A DNA stretch of 64,000 bases from Bugula neritina. Its lineage: Eukaryota > Animalia > Bryozoa. Shown one piece after another: positions 30,201-43,900 of this stretch (the first letter of the stretch is position 1; every line of letters begins with the position of its first letter). The notes beneath the pieces were generated by a model. The model made no database searches. It was not told the DNA's origin and saw only the letters and a list, made by a program, of their open reading frames with translations. The DNA is taken from contig OZ037767.1 in assembly GCA_964035545.1 (NCBI GenBank), positions 10,922,581-10,986,580 on the forward strand. Direction: 5' to 3'. The position numbers and the translations under genes are program-made.

Positions 30201-33200
30201 GGAGGAACTTACGGAGAGTTCCGGAAGCATCTCCTATGACGTGGAAGTGAAGCATATCAAGTAGACCGGCACTGGTCAAAGGAGGCGTGCAGTCGACATA
30301 TCTTACTTCCTCTACGACGTTACGTGACCCGAGGAGAGCTCTCTTCTGAATAGTAGACAGACGGCCAAACATGACGAGTTGCACGAGTAGCTCAGTGTAT
30401 GTAACGGCTACTTCCCACTGCCAACCCTGAATACCGGGTGTGTCTGCCACCTGTAAGTACATAGTATATAGTGCCATCAGTGAACATCACATTGCTTGAG
30501 CAAAATGTCTGAATAATAATAGGCAATCTGTTGTGGAAACATCTCAATGGCTTTTCTGAGAATAAAATATCGAGAGGAGGACTTCAATAAAGGGAGATAA
30601 TTCCAGTTGATTTTGGGTCAAAGTTACATAACCTAGGATTAATAGCTCATCATAATTTAATATAATTGCGATGTAAAATCATCACACACATCAAATAAAT
30701 TACAAGATATATTTTATTGGGAGACGTTCACCAAAATGACACCATGAATGAACAACTTAACATAGTGCCAAGACTGAATGCAAATGTGTTGAAGTATATC
30801 AAAAGATGGAGTTTCTGAATGCTGAACATACCGGAGAGTTGCGGAAAGTTGTAGGGGAGACAACTTCTCTTTCACCATACTTGGTACCAATATTCACTCT
30901 CTTGCCATGCTTGTAGAAGTCCTTTGAGATTGTCTAGTGATCTAAAACAGCCTCAGTATATTATATACCACACTTACACTATTACTTTAGTATACTATAT
31001 ACTACACTTACACTATTACTTCAGTATATTATATACTACACTTACACTATTACTTTAGTATATTATATACTTCACTTCCACTATTACTTTAGTATATATG
31101 CTACAACACCGTTACACCTTTAAGAGTCACTATGAACTATTTTGCAAAAGTAGCATAATTATTTACTAACAATATGTAAAAACATGTAAAAACGAAAATA
31201 TATACATTTATTTATTTCTAGATTGATTTTATTTTTTGAAAATTATTTTTTAGATGATGATAAAAGAATAAGATTTTAAGGAACCTTGAACTGAAACACT
31301 AGTATATATAGTATCACTATACACTAGTATATAGTATCACTAAACACTAGTATATAATACCACTATACACTAGTATACAGATCACTACACATTAGTATAT
31401 AGTATCACTATACACTAATGTATAGTATCACTACACACTAGTATATAGTATCACTATACACTAGTATATAGTATTACTACACACTAGTGTATAGTATCAC
31501 TATATACTAACGAATCACACCTTTCGAGGTGTCTTAGGAGAAAGATACTCCATTTCTGCCTCTTTCAACGTCTGCTGCAGCTCTTTGAGGTCTTCATCTT
31601 TCTCAGCAGCTTCCTCTACAGAAACCTTTGAGAGAAATTCTGCATTTAGATGTCGTTGTGTTCCGGGCTGACCTTGAGTGACATCTACAAGAGTATGTGA
31701 CACTACTATAGCACTGTCCTAGCAGGGTATACATACACACAGCATAGTCAGTATAGCACTGTCCTAGCAGGAATACATATACATACAGTGCAGTCAGTAT
31801 AGCACTATCCTAGCAGGGTATACGTACACAAAGTATAGTCAGTATAGCACTGTTGTAGCAAGTTATAAATGACTGGTTAGAAATAAGATGGGCATACTTA
31901 TATGTATAGGTGTCAGTCATTGCATTGCTTAACTAATTTGTATAACAAAGTGAGTTCTAAGTAATCGTGGACCAGAAAACACCAATTCAGATACACATTA
32001 GAATATTATTAGATTGCAGAAGAACTTTCTAGATTGTCTACTTCATTCAAGATATGATCTTATGGCAACAGAAATCCATAGAAGCAGTACTAAACCATGG
32101 CGTGTTACCTTGTTTAACACTATGATGATGGTGACTAGCAAGGAGTGGGTGATCAGTAGCTCCACCCTCTTCTGTAACTATATCTGTAGGTATAAGTCCA
32201 CAGGCTAAGTTTTGTAGCACATGTAGTGTTGGGAGATTAGCCTTAGCTGCTTCAGCCAGTACCACCAGGGCTGCCGCACCATCAATCCTGCGGTGAAATA
32301 AGAAACATTGAAGACAATGACCCGACTCATTAGCTAATGTGTATATGAAAAATTGTACAAAAATGCGTAGCATACAAATAACATTAAATATCTAAGAAGT
32401 TAATCAAAATGCAAACAATTCTCAAACATGACACTGAACATGTGTTGGAATAACAACTTAGCCACACAACTAAGAGCAAGTCAGCAAATGAGAAATAAAC
32501 TTTACAGATATAGTAACTTAAGTCAGAGAGTGAGGGATACTCTATATAAACACAGTGACTTAGAGTGACTCAGATCGAGATAGCCTTAGAACCAATAGCT
32601 ATTCTCACCAGTTCTCCAGAGACATCCCCAGCCCGCACCTAGCTAGTGAGTATAAAGATTCCTCCACCTGTTTACCGGTTATAGTTACACAGCGCCAGAC
32701 GTCAAGGGCGTGCCAGAGAGAAGGGGCAAGGTCATGCACACTTCGACTTACCGCACTTACATTAGACCTACAAATATAGTCACGTACGCATGTGTAAGCA
32801 ATACAACAAATAATATATATCATAATAACAACATGTTAAATTATGTTCATTACTTTATCTACTAGTAAGTAATATATATAGCTAAGAAAAGTAGTTCAAC
32901 AGTTGCATCACTTTAGCTAAGCATTTTACAACACTGCATATAATATACTGTGCCTATTATACTGTGCTGAATATACTGTATACTATACTAAACTGTACAT
33001 ATTACAGTGTATATATACTGTACATGTTTTATACCATATATTCTACACACCTGGGCTGACTAGTGGCCGATTTAGTAAAGTGAGATCTCGTCTGCATATT
33101 CTCTGTCTCCTTCACCTCTCCAGGATCCAAATCATCGTCTAGAAACATGACTTTGCCAACTTCGATGATGTAACGTAAACATAGATGAGCATTTGGGTAA

Positions 33201-36200
33201 GGACTGTACGCCTCTTGGTATTCATTTAGACCTGCATACAACCATGTTATCGTCTTACTAACCACTGTTATATCATGTAAATATATTATCAGCTGAAACT
33301 CCAGTCAATCTGTAAAGTCATTGTGACAAAAACGCTACTGAAATAAGCCGGTATACTAGATATTTGTAAAAGAAAAGTTTGCACATTTTTTTAGCTTTTC
33401 AAAAAGCACTATTTGCGTAGCATTAAATTTCGTGCATCTCCGGCCAACGAGCTAAAATATTTTCATCTAATAGCTTCATTTCTACATTTGATTCATTTGC
33501 TTATTATTTTCATATTGGTATTTCAGCTCAAAAACCTTTGTACTTCTAGTTTTAAATGTCGGCATATTTTATTTTCTACATTATAATCCAACATCCTGCT
33601 CATCTACAAGGAACTACCAGTCAAACAGCCAGCAATACACAACACTTTCTGATGGTAGAAACTATGAACTGACCATCTAAATACATGTAGAGACGACTCT
33701 TGAACAACTTATGCCCTCTCAGGTCACCGACCATGTGATGATAGAAGAGTCGCAGGAACACCATGTACCCCATCTACAGTGAGATGTAAGCACATCTAAC
33801 TAAATATACAAACATGTACCACGTCTACAGTGAGATGTAAGTACATCTTACTAATTATACATACAAATAGTATCACAGTATATAATAAATGAGATATCAA
33901 CTGTCAGAATCGATATTGAAATATTTTGTGATGAGTTGAGATGTGAGAGAAGTTGGTGCTTTAAGGGATGTTTTAACTTAAAAAAACTCACGCATGTTCA
34001 TAGTTGCTATCCCTGTGAGGAACCCCTGATAGAAAGGGTTTTTGTAAGAACGGGCTAAGGATTTGTTCAATTGAGGCGCAGGAGCAATTATGACTGGATG
34101 CTCTCCCTAACATCACCAATGACCTTTGTCAGGGTTTGAACCTACGACTTCGTTTTCACGCTTTGACCCCTAGACCACCGCTGCTCCCTTGAATGCTCTA
34201 ATTTAAGTTACACATCAAATCCTTACTTTCTGTATACTAAATTTATAAGATAGAGAGTATGTAGAGTTATGTTATGTTATAGCGCTGCAAACCGACATGT
34301 ACTGGTAACCAGTACAAGGTAGTTATTTACCAACACCACACCCATGATGTGGTGTTGGTATAGAAAACAACGTCATCTAGCTGATGAAAAAGACCTTGGG
34401 GTAGTATGCACGATGCATGAGGACATCATCACTAAACTTACAAAAAGTAAAACATTAGAAATAAATTTAACAGTATTCCAATAGTACTGGTGCTAATAGT
34501 GGTGTTAATGAGTGACAGTTTAGGAGTAATACTGAGTAGTACTAATAACACTGACAGAATAGTACTGAGAGTACCAGTGACAGATTAGTACCAAAACTAG
34601 TAACTGAAAAACTACCTTGAGTAATTTGATCTCGGAGATTCTGAGGTAGGGACTATTAATAGCATCAGTTCTTAGCCAATAGAGAGCAGTCTCGGCTAAG
34701 AAGAAGAGCCCCTGTATGTGCCCCGAATCAAAGGATGCCTGGTCTAATGAAGCTATTAGCACATCAAGGCTATCTGCAAGACATACAGACAGACACAACG
34801 CTTACTTTCACAATTCAACCAAACACAAAGAGTATTACAACTGTGCAGCTGCAATAACAAAAGTACTGGTGACACGATTTTCTTTATGACAATAGAGAAA
34901 GCTTTGAGACAAAAAAACCAACTGGTTGTAACACACTGGTATGTCACATTAAAACTGTAAGGGAGTCACATTAAAATATATCCTCATACATTGTAATTAT
35001 CAACACAAGGTATAGCAACTCCAAATATACTGCAAGTATAATTTATGGTAAACACTTTACATACAGAGTATATATATAATAATAATATAAATTGCATGTA
35101 TTGTATATACTAAGCAACATTGTACAATGTATTACTCCATTGTATTACTATAATTGTATTATAGTAATTCGTTACTGTGTTGTATTACGGTATTGTATTA
35201 TTGTATTGTATTATTGCATTGCATTATTCACCTTCCTGTATCTTTCCTTTACACTGAGAGAGTATTGTGAGATCCACCCAAGCTTCATCCAACTCTTTAT
35301 CTGAGACTCGACTTTTCCCTCCAAGTCCACACTTCCTCTGTAATACACACACAGCATATAGTATAACCTGGACTAATGGGACGTGACAGGAAGACAACTC
35401 TAGACATACTCAAATATTCAGAAAGGTGTCTGGTTAAATCGTTAAAATTTTATTATATAAATTCAATTTCAAGTACTGTAATAAAATGGCAAAAAACTTG
35501 TTATTGCTTTTAATTAGTGAATAATCAGAAATTATTAACTCCAGAGTGGTTTGAAAGCGACGAAATTATAATGAAAATATTAGTTCGATTAATAATAAAA
35601 ATGCCTAAATTTGAATAAACCACATGGAGGATTGAATGTTACATTTTATGGTCAAGAGAATTAAAGGAGCAATACTGCTTGAAATGTTTAAAGTTATGTT
35701 TTCATGTTATCAATATTGATGTATACCTGACTAAATATTATATAGTTGAACTTACAGAAATTACAAATTTAGAAGTATACGCTTATTGATCTATTATAAA
35801 ATTCACCTTTAACCTTTCTATATGCTTTCGAGCTTGCTCTTCATACTTCTCTTTATCAGCAATAGTTGTGGCTCCATTAAAACGATGAACAAACGATTCT
35901 TGAATTTCATTGGGATTTCTAAAAGACAATAAACTAACTGGATTGAGGGCCACAGGATAGGTAAAGTGAGGTATGTTAGCAGATAAATGCATTGAAAGTA
36001 TTTGTATTTATTTGAAAAAGTAAATAAAATATTAAACAGTAAATGATCTCAACTCAAAGTGCGCATGATTGATGCATCCTCCAGCTGCAGTGTGAAATGA
36101 AAATTTCATCAATCTGTATCCATATTTGAATTATGAAATGTATGCAAAAGTAGACGCACCTGACTTTATCATAAGGCCTTGCAGTAGCTTGCTCCACAGC

Positions 36201-36290
36201 TTTCTCAAACAGCCTCTCCTGCAAATTCACACGCTGGTTGTGAGAAATGATTCCAAACCTGTGCACTATAGGAACTCGCTCTAAAGGCAT
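27233..36290 (-). CDS. TMEM232: Transmembrane protein 232-like
   Basis: Exons about 36290-36160, 35918-35807, 35337-35232, 34773-34616, 33773-33674, 33231-33051, 32765-32609, 32248-32100, 31718-31520, 30940-30831, 30450-30213, 29733-29549, 29143-28941, 28308-28212, 27331-27233. Peptides [61 protein letters not shown] and WSWRVRYSAVQGLVQIC resemble TMEM232 as I recall it. Some internal boundaries are approximate. Confidence 0.82.
27898..28210. repeat. 25-bp AT-rich minisatellite (TTATAATATTATATTGTAGTATATG)n, about 12 copies
   Basis: Tandem array visible directly, abutting a TMEM232 splice donor. Confidence 0.95.
28765..28940. repeat. 19-bp minisatellite (GATGACTCACACAGTAAGG)n
   Basis: About 9 tandem units, ending at the TMEM232 donor at 28940. 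Confidence 0.93.
29740..29925. repeat. (TATG)/(TG) microsatellite
   Basis: Visible directly; source of the HTHT/MYVC ORFs. Confidence 0.95.
30950..31510. repeat. Two intronic minisatellites (about 34-bp CTTACACTATTACTTTAGTAT... at 30950-31100; about 23-bp ACACTAGTATATAGTATCACT at 31295-31505)
   Basis: Tandem copies visible directly. Confidence 0.88.
34015..34189 (-). mobile_element. tRNA-headed SINE-like element (second copy about 41635-41817)
   Basis: Minus strand GGGAGCAGCGGTGGTCTAGGGG...GGTTCAAACCC (A/B boxes) followed by GGTCATTGGTGATGTTAGGGAGAGCATCCAGTCATAATTGCT, which is shared with the copy in a DAO intron. Confidence 0.7.
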
Positions 36291-37314
36291 TCTTGCAATT
36301 TTAAACAGCTGTTTCCTGCAATGAGCAGATCTTTCTAGTAATGAATTTTACTATATATTAAAAATACATTATCATTGTAACTACCACAACTAATAAATGT
36401 AATTCAAATACTACAAGTACTGTAGTACTACTACAGCTACATTCAACAATACTGACCACTAGATACTAGAGTTTGTAGACTGTCTGTAGATGTAAATAAA
36501 AAACACCCAAGTTTATATAGCAGAAAAGAGCTAATTCATCAGAATATCATGTAGTAATCTAACATAATACACTTTCTCTATTTGCCTCTACTGAATAACA
36601 GGAATACTAAAAGTATTCTGGTATGAACATGACTACCAATGTGACAGCATTACTAGTAAAGTTAAATTCAATTAGTATGCGCTGGTAACTTTAGGTAATC
36701 ATAAACATACCAGTACACTAAAATAGAACTAAGACCAAGCTCAGTACCATTACCAGGGCTTATAAGCATAACTATCAGTACCTGGTTCTTAAAAGTGCAC
36801 ACTTACTCTTATTTTAGTAACAACAGTAACAGTTCTAATATGCAATGAACAATAGTAATGCTGCTGCTACTACTACTACTACTACTGCTACCACTACCAG
36901 TACCACTGCCAGTACCACTACCCCAGTACCACTACCAGTATTACTGAGAGTGATAATAATAATAATTAATAATGCCGATGATGATGATAATCAGCAACTA
37001 ACATATATTACTACTATTATTAATAAAAGTATCAATCAGTAGCCAATCACGATCAAAATGGCCAAAGCCACTGGACCTTGATCATTCCCCATCCCATGGT
37101 CATGATCCATGCCTGGGACCCGGATTGGGTTTTCGAATTTAAAAATCAAAAATGCAATACAAATTTGTGACTGACAGTTATTGTAAACCAAGTTTAACAA
37201 TTGTTTTTGATAGAAAGTCATTTCCAATTTTTAAACTTAATTTAAATTGAATGAAGATTATAAACAAATGATATTTCAATCTGTTTTACTATAATAAATT
37301 GCAATAGTTAAAAT

Positions 37315-37400
37315 TATCCGCCATCTTTTGTTGTTATAGAAATATGTCACATGTGTATCATGTGATTACAGCGGTTGCTCGTATAAGTGGGCGTACCTTA
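37315..37400. promoter_or_regulatory. Putative bidirectional promoter region between TMEM232 (-) and the DAO/DDO gene (+)
   Basis: Head-to-head gene arrangement; CCGCCATCTT (YY1-like), GTTGTTATAGAAAT (X-box-like with one mismatch) and GTGGGCGT GC-box-like motifs are clustered; a + strand donor AAG|GTAAGC at 37630 suggests a non-coding first exon. Confidence 0.35.
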
Positions 37401-38109
37401 CATCCTGCAATTCAGTGTGATCTTTAACCCTTTTGCTGCAATCAAACCAGCGTGCAGTGATTAGACTTAGTACATCCGTCCCTTTTCCTGAGTAGGGAAG
37501 AAATTCACTGATACTGTAACTGTATTGTTTTTCAATGAAAAGAATGTTAAATTACATTAATTTTAAACCGTCACCGTATTCATGTTGAATTAATATTTGT
37601 ATTCTATGTAACCGGAACAACTATTGCAAGGTAAGCTCTCTTTACAGCTGTACAGACTGTACGCGTACCCTCGCAGTCTTACTACTTTCAGTTTCTTGTA
37701 GTTGTAGGAGTAGTACTACTAGTAGTAGTAGTATTAGTAGTATTGGGAGTAGGAGTAGATCTATTACATAACTATTACTCTATTAGTATTCGTATTTCAG
37801 TACTACTACTAGTATTCTTTATGTGCAGGGAGCTATTCTGATTCTCAGTTGATCATACTGATACTCGGAATCATAATGATCATGATGGTGATGTAATGAT
37901 CTTGTTCGATATAAGGCTTAGCTTTAGGATTAGCCTTATTGATGCTAGGCATCAACAACGATTTTTGCTCAACTACTACTAGTAGTAGTACTTCAGCAAA
38001 TTTTGAATTTAAATTGAAAAAACCAAAGCATAAAAATTATTTAATTTTTTTTCATTTTATCCTATTGTGAGTGTGAGTATTTTTGTCAATGTCTAGTCTC
38101 GAATTTATA

Positions 38110-40715
38110 AAATAATTGCCTCCACCGGGATTTGAACCACAGACTTCCAGCTTGCAAGCAGGCGGCTAACCAATTACACTACAAGGGCTTCGGTATTCCA
38201 AGCAACATCCCATTCAGTTCTCTCCAGAACTGCACTGACCCCATGTATTCTGTCAGCTTATGGGCTTTATTTGCCACTCAACTCCCTGAAACTACTTCCA
38301 CAAGACAAAGCTGAAATAAGTTGTAGATAATTGCCCCCACCGGGATTCGAACAGCTTGCAAGAAAGTGTGTTAACCATTACACAACGGAGACCACTGGGT
38401 AAACTCAACACTACATCCCACTCAGTTCTCTAAACTCCGCTGGCTTATTTACTACTCCTTCAGTCTTCAGGCTCCCCTGGCCACTCAATTTCCTCAGAGT
38501 GCTACTACAACACTTCACTAAAAGATGAAATAGCTTGTAAAATAATTGCTCTGCTGGGATTCGAACCACAGACCTCCAGTTTGCAAGCAGGCGCCCTAAC
38601 CAATTAGGGGAAGGTGGGGTAAGTTGGGTCAAGGGGCAAGTTGGGTCAGGCCATTTTCTCAAAAACTGTAATGCTAGGAAACTGAATAGTTAGGTCAAGA
38701 AGTAAAGGCCAAACTAAAATAACTTCCTGCTACTACAACAACACTATCGAAAAAGAGGTGAGTGAAATATTAGCTAATATCAATATTTTTGCTTCATTTG
38801 ACATTCTGTTCACCAAAACAGTAGACCAAAACTTTGTCATTAAGCATGAGGATAGAGTGCTGTTGTTTTGTGTCATGAATGCTTAAGTAGTTAGCTTATA
38901 TTTGGTAGATTGAAAAAATTTCTAAATTAAATTTTTCATGCAAAAATTACATACATTGCTGCCAATGGGGCAAGTTGGGTCAAAATTTTGGGGCAAGTTG
39001 GGTCAGTGGCCCAATTTGCCCCAATTCACTAAACATAGTGTTAATGTAAATTTATTGTTGCAGATCATGATACTGGATAATCACTGCATGCTCACATATA
39101 TCCTTAGAGTCTGTAACTCTTGCTAAAAAATCAGGAGTTGTTCTACTCACCTTGCCACCACATACTTTACACCGATTACAGTCTCTGGATAGAACTGTTT
39201 TCGGTCCAATGAAAACATACTTCAAAAAGGCAATGGATAACTTAATGATAACCTATCTGAACAGGAGCATAAAAGTGCAAGACATTGGCGCCCTAACAGA
39301 GCGAGCATTTGGGCAAAACATGACTGTTGTTAATATAACATCGGGCTTTCGCTCATCTGGCATATTCCCATCAAAAGCAGGCATATTTACCGACGCCGAC
39401 TATGTTTCAACCGATGCTACGGACAAACCTCAAAGAGTGATCAATGAGCCAGACGATCTAATTCAACTTAGCCAAGTTCATCTCAGCCATCTTTATTCCA
39501 GATTTTAATCTACAATCCAAGCACGCCTAGTACTTCTGGTTAATTGGCAGGGGCTACCTCTCAGGATACTTCTACTTCACTGGTGGTGGCTAGCTCTAAG
39601 CAGCCTATTACCAATCAAGATATTCTTCTCTTACCCAAAGCTGCTCTACGCAAAGATGGAGCACCCAGAAAGAAGCGGGTAAAGACCGCTATACTGATAG
39701 ACACGCCAGAGAAAGAAAGAATCGAACACGAATGAGCAGACAAGTTGAATAAAGGAAAGGAACGACCTAAGCGTAGGCCTATACAGAAAGAGCCAGAATC
39801 CTGCAGTGAAGAAGATGAGCAAAACCATATAGTTCCACTAGAGACAGACAGTGATTCACCATCCAAGATGGAAGCAAAAGAACAGGATGTGGCAGATGTA
39901 GAAGAAGGGGCGTTTGTGGTGACAAAATACAAAGGAAAATGTTCAACCATAGGTTTTGTTGGAATGGTAGTTGGCAAGGATGAAGGAGATTGGACTTTTA
40001 CAAAAAGACTCCACAGGGCACATTTTCTAAGCCATCATAGCCAGACATATATGCAGTAGAGGCTGAGCATATGGTTAGAGTGCTGGGGGCACCTGTCTCA
40101 ACTGGAACAACTGTTCGAACTTTAGGCTGTGTTAGTTTTGGCAACAAACTAGATGGCATGGGCTTTGAGTCGAGTTAGTTTTCTTGATGCCTTTATTAAA
40201 TAAAAATAATAACCCCAAGCAGATTTGGTTTACTTCTTCGTCCGTTCCCAGAGTCTAAACTCAAATAATCTCACTAACTTAAATGATGACTGGGGGCCTA
40301 CGTTACAAACTTTGTATGTTTTTCTCAAACTAATATGCTGTTAATCATTACTTAGACCTAATGAACATTAATGAACTGAATTTATTTCAGTGATATGTTA
40401 GATGCCATAGTAATGAAATAGCGACCCAACTTGCCCCATTTGTTTTTGGTGGTGACCCAACTTACCCCTCATGCGGGGTAAGTTGGGTCAGAAGAAAGGT
40501 TTTACGGTATTATCTGTAGCTGACTAAATGTTGGTGTTGCCTCAAAATAAAATTGGGCTATTGCAGATAACATGTTAATCTATCTTTCCGACAAACAGTT
40601 TGATATTTACATGCTTAGATCGGCCACAATATTAAAAAAACCAATTTTTGACCCAACTTGCCCCGCCTTCCCCTACGCTACAGGGGCGGCTGGGTTAACT
40701 CAACACTACAGAATT
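38110..40715 (-). repeat. Tandem array of three tRNA(Ala-TGC)-like units of about 215 bp; the third is split by a transposon
   Basis: GGGATT(T/C)GAAC...TTGCAAG...TAACCA(A)TTA at about 38126, 38342 and 38556; the third continues at 40674 (TACGCTACAGGGGC). Stems are imperfect, so these are not functional tRNAs. Confidence 0.75.
38607..40673 (+). mobile_element. pogo-like (Tc1/mariner superfamily, DDE_1) DNA transposon, internally deleted
   Basis: TIRs GGGGAAGG(T/C)GGGG(T/C)AAGTTGGGTCA, TA target duplication (38605-6 and 40674-5), subterminal GGGGCAAGTTGGGTCA repeats, and a frameshifted transposase remnant LPPHTLHRLQSLDRTVFGPMKTYF...NITSGFRSSGIFP. Confidence 0.92.
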
Positions 40716-40958
40716 AAGTAATTTAATGGTCCTGAAACTCTACATTCTATAATATAATCATTATCAGCTTGATTATATATATTTTTCAGTTTTACTAACT
40801 ATGACCATCAAACTGAACTTTTTCTGACCTTCTGAGTTGAGTTGAATGATTTTAATTGCTTTGTTTACATTTCATAGTTTATAGCTTGGAGTAGCAATTT
40901 CCAAATGCTAATTAAAGAACTACAGTGATAAAAAGCTTGATCAATTTCTTGTAGAGTT

Positions 40959-43900
40959 ATGCCAAGTCAAAAGCATCAAATAGTTGTGGTTGGTGCTGGT
41001 ATATCTGGTATGAGTTGTGCTTATCGTCTTCAAACAGAACTTCCTAATGTCCAGGTACTCATCTAGTTATTTCTCATTTTAGAAGTTATCAATGCTTTGT
41101 TGGTCTTGTATATTTGGGAGACAACTTCAAATTAAGAATGTTTCATAGTTTTGTTTTTAATTCAAAGGTCACAGTGATGTCTGATGATTTCACACCAAAT
41201 TTAACTTCTGATGGTTCTGGTGGCTTCTGGGCTCCGTACGCTCCTTTTGGTACAGATCCAGCCAAGATAAGGTTAACTCAATATTCTGTGTTCCACATTT
41301 CATTCCTATTGCACTTTACTTTGGAAATCTTTTGCCAAAATATTGATCTTGGCATATACTGAGGTCATTGGTTGTTGAGGGTTCAAGGTAGGTCATTTTG
41401 CTATGTTAATTTATTGTGAAGTATTCCATGTGGTATTATATGATGTATTTTAGAAAATGGGGCAACTCCACATATCAATATCTAAAATGCCTAGCTTTGT
41501 CACCCGAATCTCTGAAAGCTGGAGTATCCTGTGTCAGGGCATACTTCCTGAGGACAGTTCCACTGCAGGAGGTATTTTCTGTATCTTTTATATATCTGAG
41601 TGCAAAACCCACACAAGTTTATAGGCACCCTCCATGTGAGAAATCTTTGTGAAAAGGGCTTTTTAAAGTAGCCTAAAGACTAATTCATATGTAGCAAAGT
41701 AGCAATTATGATTGGATGCTCTTCCTAACATCACCAATGACTGTTAATGGAGATTGAACTTATGAACTCGGTCCTACTAAACCATCGCACTCTAACCTCT
41801 AAACCATAGCTGCTTCCTTTTTATATATCTGACTGTTGAGTTGTAGTACAGCTTCAAGTCATGCCAAGATTAGTGTTTAAGGATTTAATTAAAACTGCAT
41901 ACCTTTGCACTATAAGTAGAATTACAAATCAATTCACTCTCCACCTCTTGACTCTTGACCTTTCTCAACGCACAAGTTTTTGTCTACCTCTTTGTTCAAA
42001 ACAAAGACACTAAATAGTAAAGGCTACAAAACATACTAATAATTTTTCAAATTAGCCAATACTTTATAGAGTTGCTTTATTTGATTTTTAATTCTTTTGC
42101 TGAAATTTTTCTAATGTATTGTTAAATTTTCAACATTGACAGGTGCAGCATCTGCTAAATCTATTTGCTAATTTTTATATTATAGGAGAGAAAATGTTTA
42201 ATGTAAATCAAGGTTAACTAATGCTTTTGAAACAGCTCCTTTTTTACCCATGCTTAATGGAAGTCTCATTCTTCTCAAGACTGGGCTACAGCTACTCCCA
42301 TCTTTACATCATAGAATAATATAAATTTACTGTCCGTAAAATATTATGTGTTTTAAAATTAGCAGATCTCCAGCTTACTTATGATAATACACTAACTGCC
42401 AACTATCATTTAGTTGGTTCATTGTAAGCGTTATAGACCTGCATGTAGAAGCATCACCTGTATAATATATAACACTGTTTTAACATTGTTTTCATACAGA
42501 TTCCTTCTTACACAAGAAACGTAGAACACTTTCGAAGAATGACTAAAGAGGAAGCTAGGAATATGCATTCTTCTGCAGTCGATGGATACAGCTATTCCAC
42601 TTTTACCTGTGAACCTAAGATTTATCTTCCCTGGATTACTGGAAAGTATGTTGGTAACCCATAGAAAGATTCTGTAATATTTATATTAAACTTTTACAAA
42701 GCTTCACTTTGCCTCAAGTAGCAACTAATGTAATCACACAAATAAACTTAGGATTTGCTTGAATGAATTTTGAAAGTTTTCTGATTTTTTGCATAAACAT
42801 ACTTTGGGGACAGATTTATCTAGACAACTTTTTTACTTATGAATCAAAACTGTTGTGTGAAAAGTCTCTTATAAATGTAGTAAAGGGTTTAAAGCTTGTT
42901 TAACAATTTTCAGTGACCATCAATGTTGAAACAAAATATGAAAACAACTTTAAGGCTTATGCAGACATCTCTGTAAAAAGCGCCACTGTAAAACCCAGCC
43001 ATTACATAGCAGAGTTGGTATGAAAGACTTATTGATGTAGTGAGGTTATGAGCTTTGTGTTAACAAAGTTTGCAAATTTCATAGAAATAAATGAATATTT
43101 TTGCGGCACCTGTCGAATATTGTTTACTGTTGTAAATATGCAATTTCTAAGCTAATCAAGTTAATCAGGTACTTGGGTTTTGAAATCATCCAATTTCAAC
43201 CAACTTTGATGAGCATGTTTTATTATTTTGAATGCATAATCTATGATCTAGGTTCACAAGAGCTGGTGGAAAAGTTATAAAAAGGAAGATTTCAGATCTG
43301 AATGAGGTATCATTGTTCAGCCTATCTATTTTGCAAACTTTTCAGTTGTCTTCCCACCTTTCTTTTTATTTTATCTAATGCATAAAGCATGACATATTAA
43401 ACAATAACTCTGAATATAAATTTTTGTTGGAAAATGCTTGCCATAATATTGAAGTTACTGTTCACATTTCTATGAAGCAGAAAAGTAAATACTTCCAATA
43501 AAAGTATTAAAAATCCTTATCATTCACTAACTGATGATACATTTTCCAATCCGTGAATCTGGGCATAATTTGTTTTTTGTCGGAATTGGTACAAGTTGTC
43601 ATTAAAGTTGAATCAATTTTTCGACATTGAACATTTTTTCACGATTTTGATTAAAAGTCATCCATTACTATTTAACAGGGTTAAGTTTGCACCTCATGTG
43701 TAATGTGGTCATTTTTTAAAATTAACCGATTTTTAAAACTTTATGAATGTTAAGAAATTGATCATCAGAATTTGTCAAACATTCTCATTTCAAATTCTAA
43801 AACTATAATTGCTCAGTGGACTAAATAGATCATCACTACTATAATCGAATGTTTTAAATTTTCATATTGTGGAACGTTTTATAATTTCGCAAAAGTTGTG

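Noticed and set aside
38120-38610. Functional tRNA-Ala genes
   Set aside because: Acceptor and anticodon stems are mismatched, one unit is deleted and one is interrupted; treated as tRNA-derived repeats.
41114-41135. GGGAGACAACTTCAAA shared with about 52426
   Set aside because: A short isolated match with unrelated flanks; likely chance.
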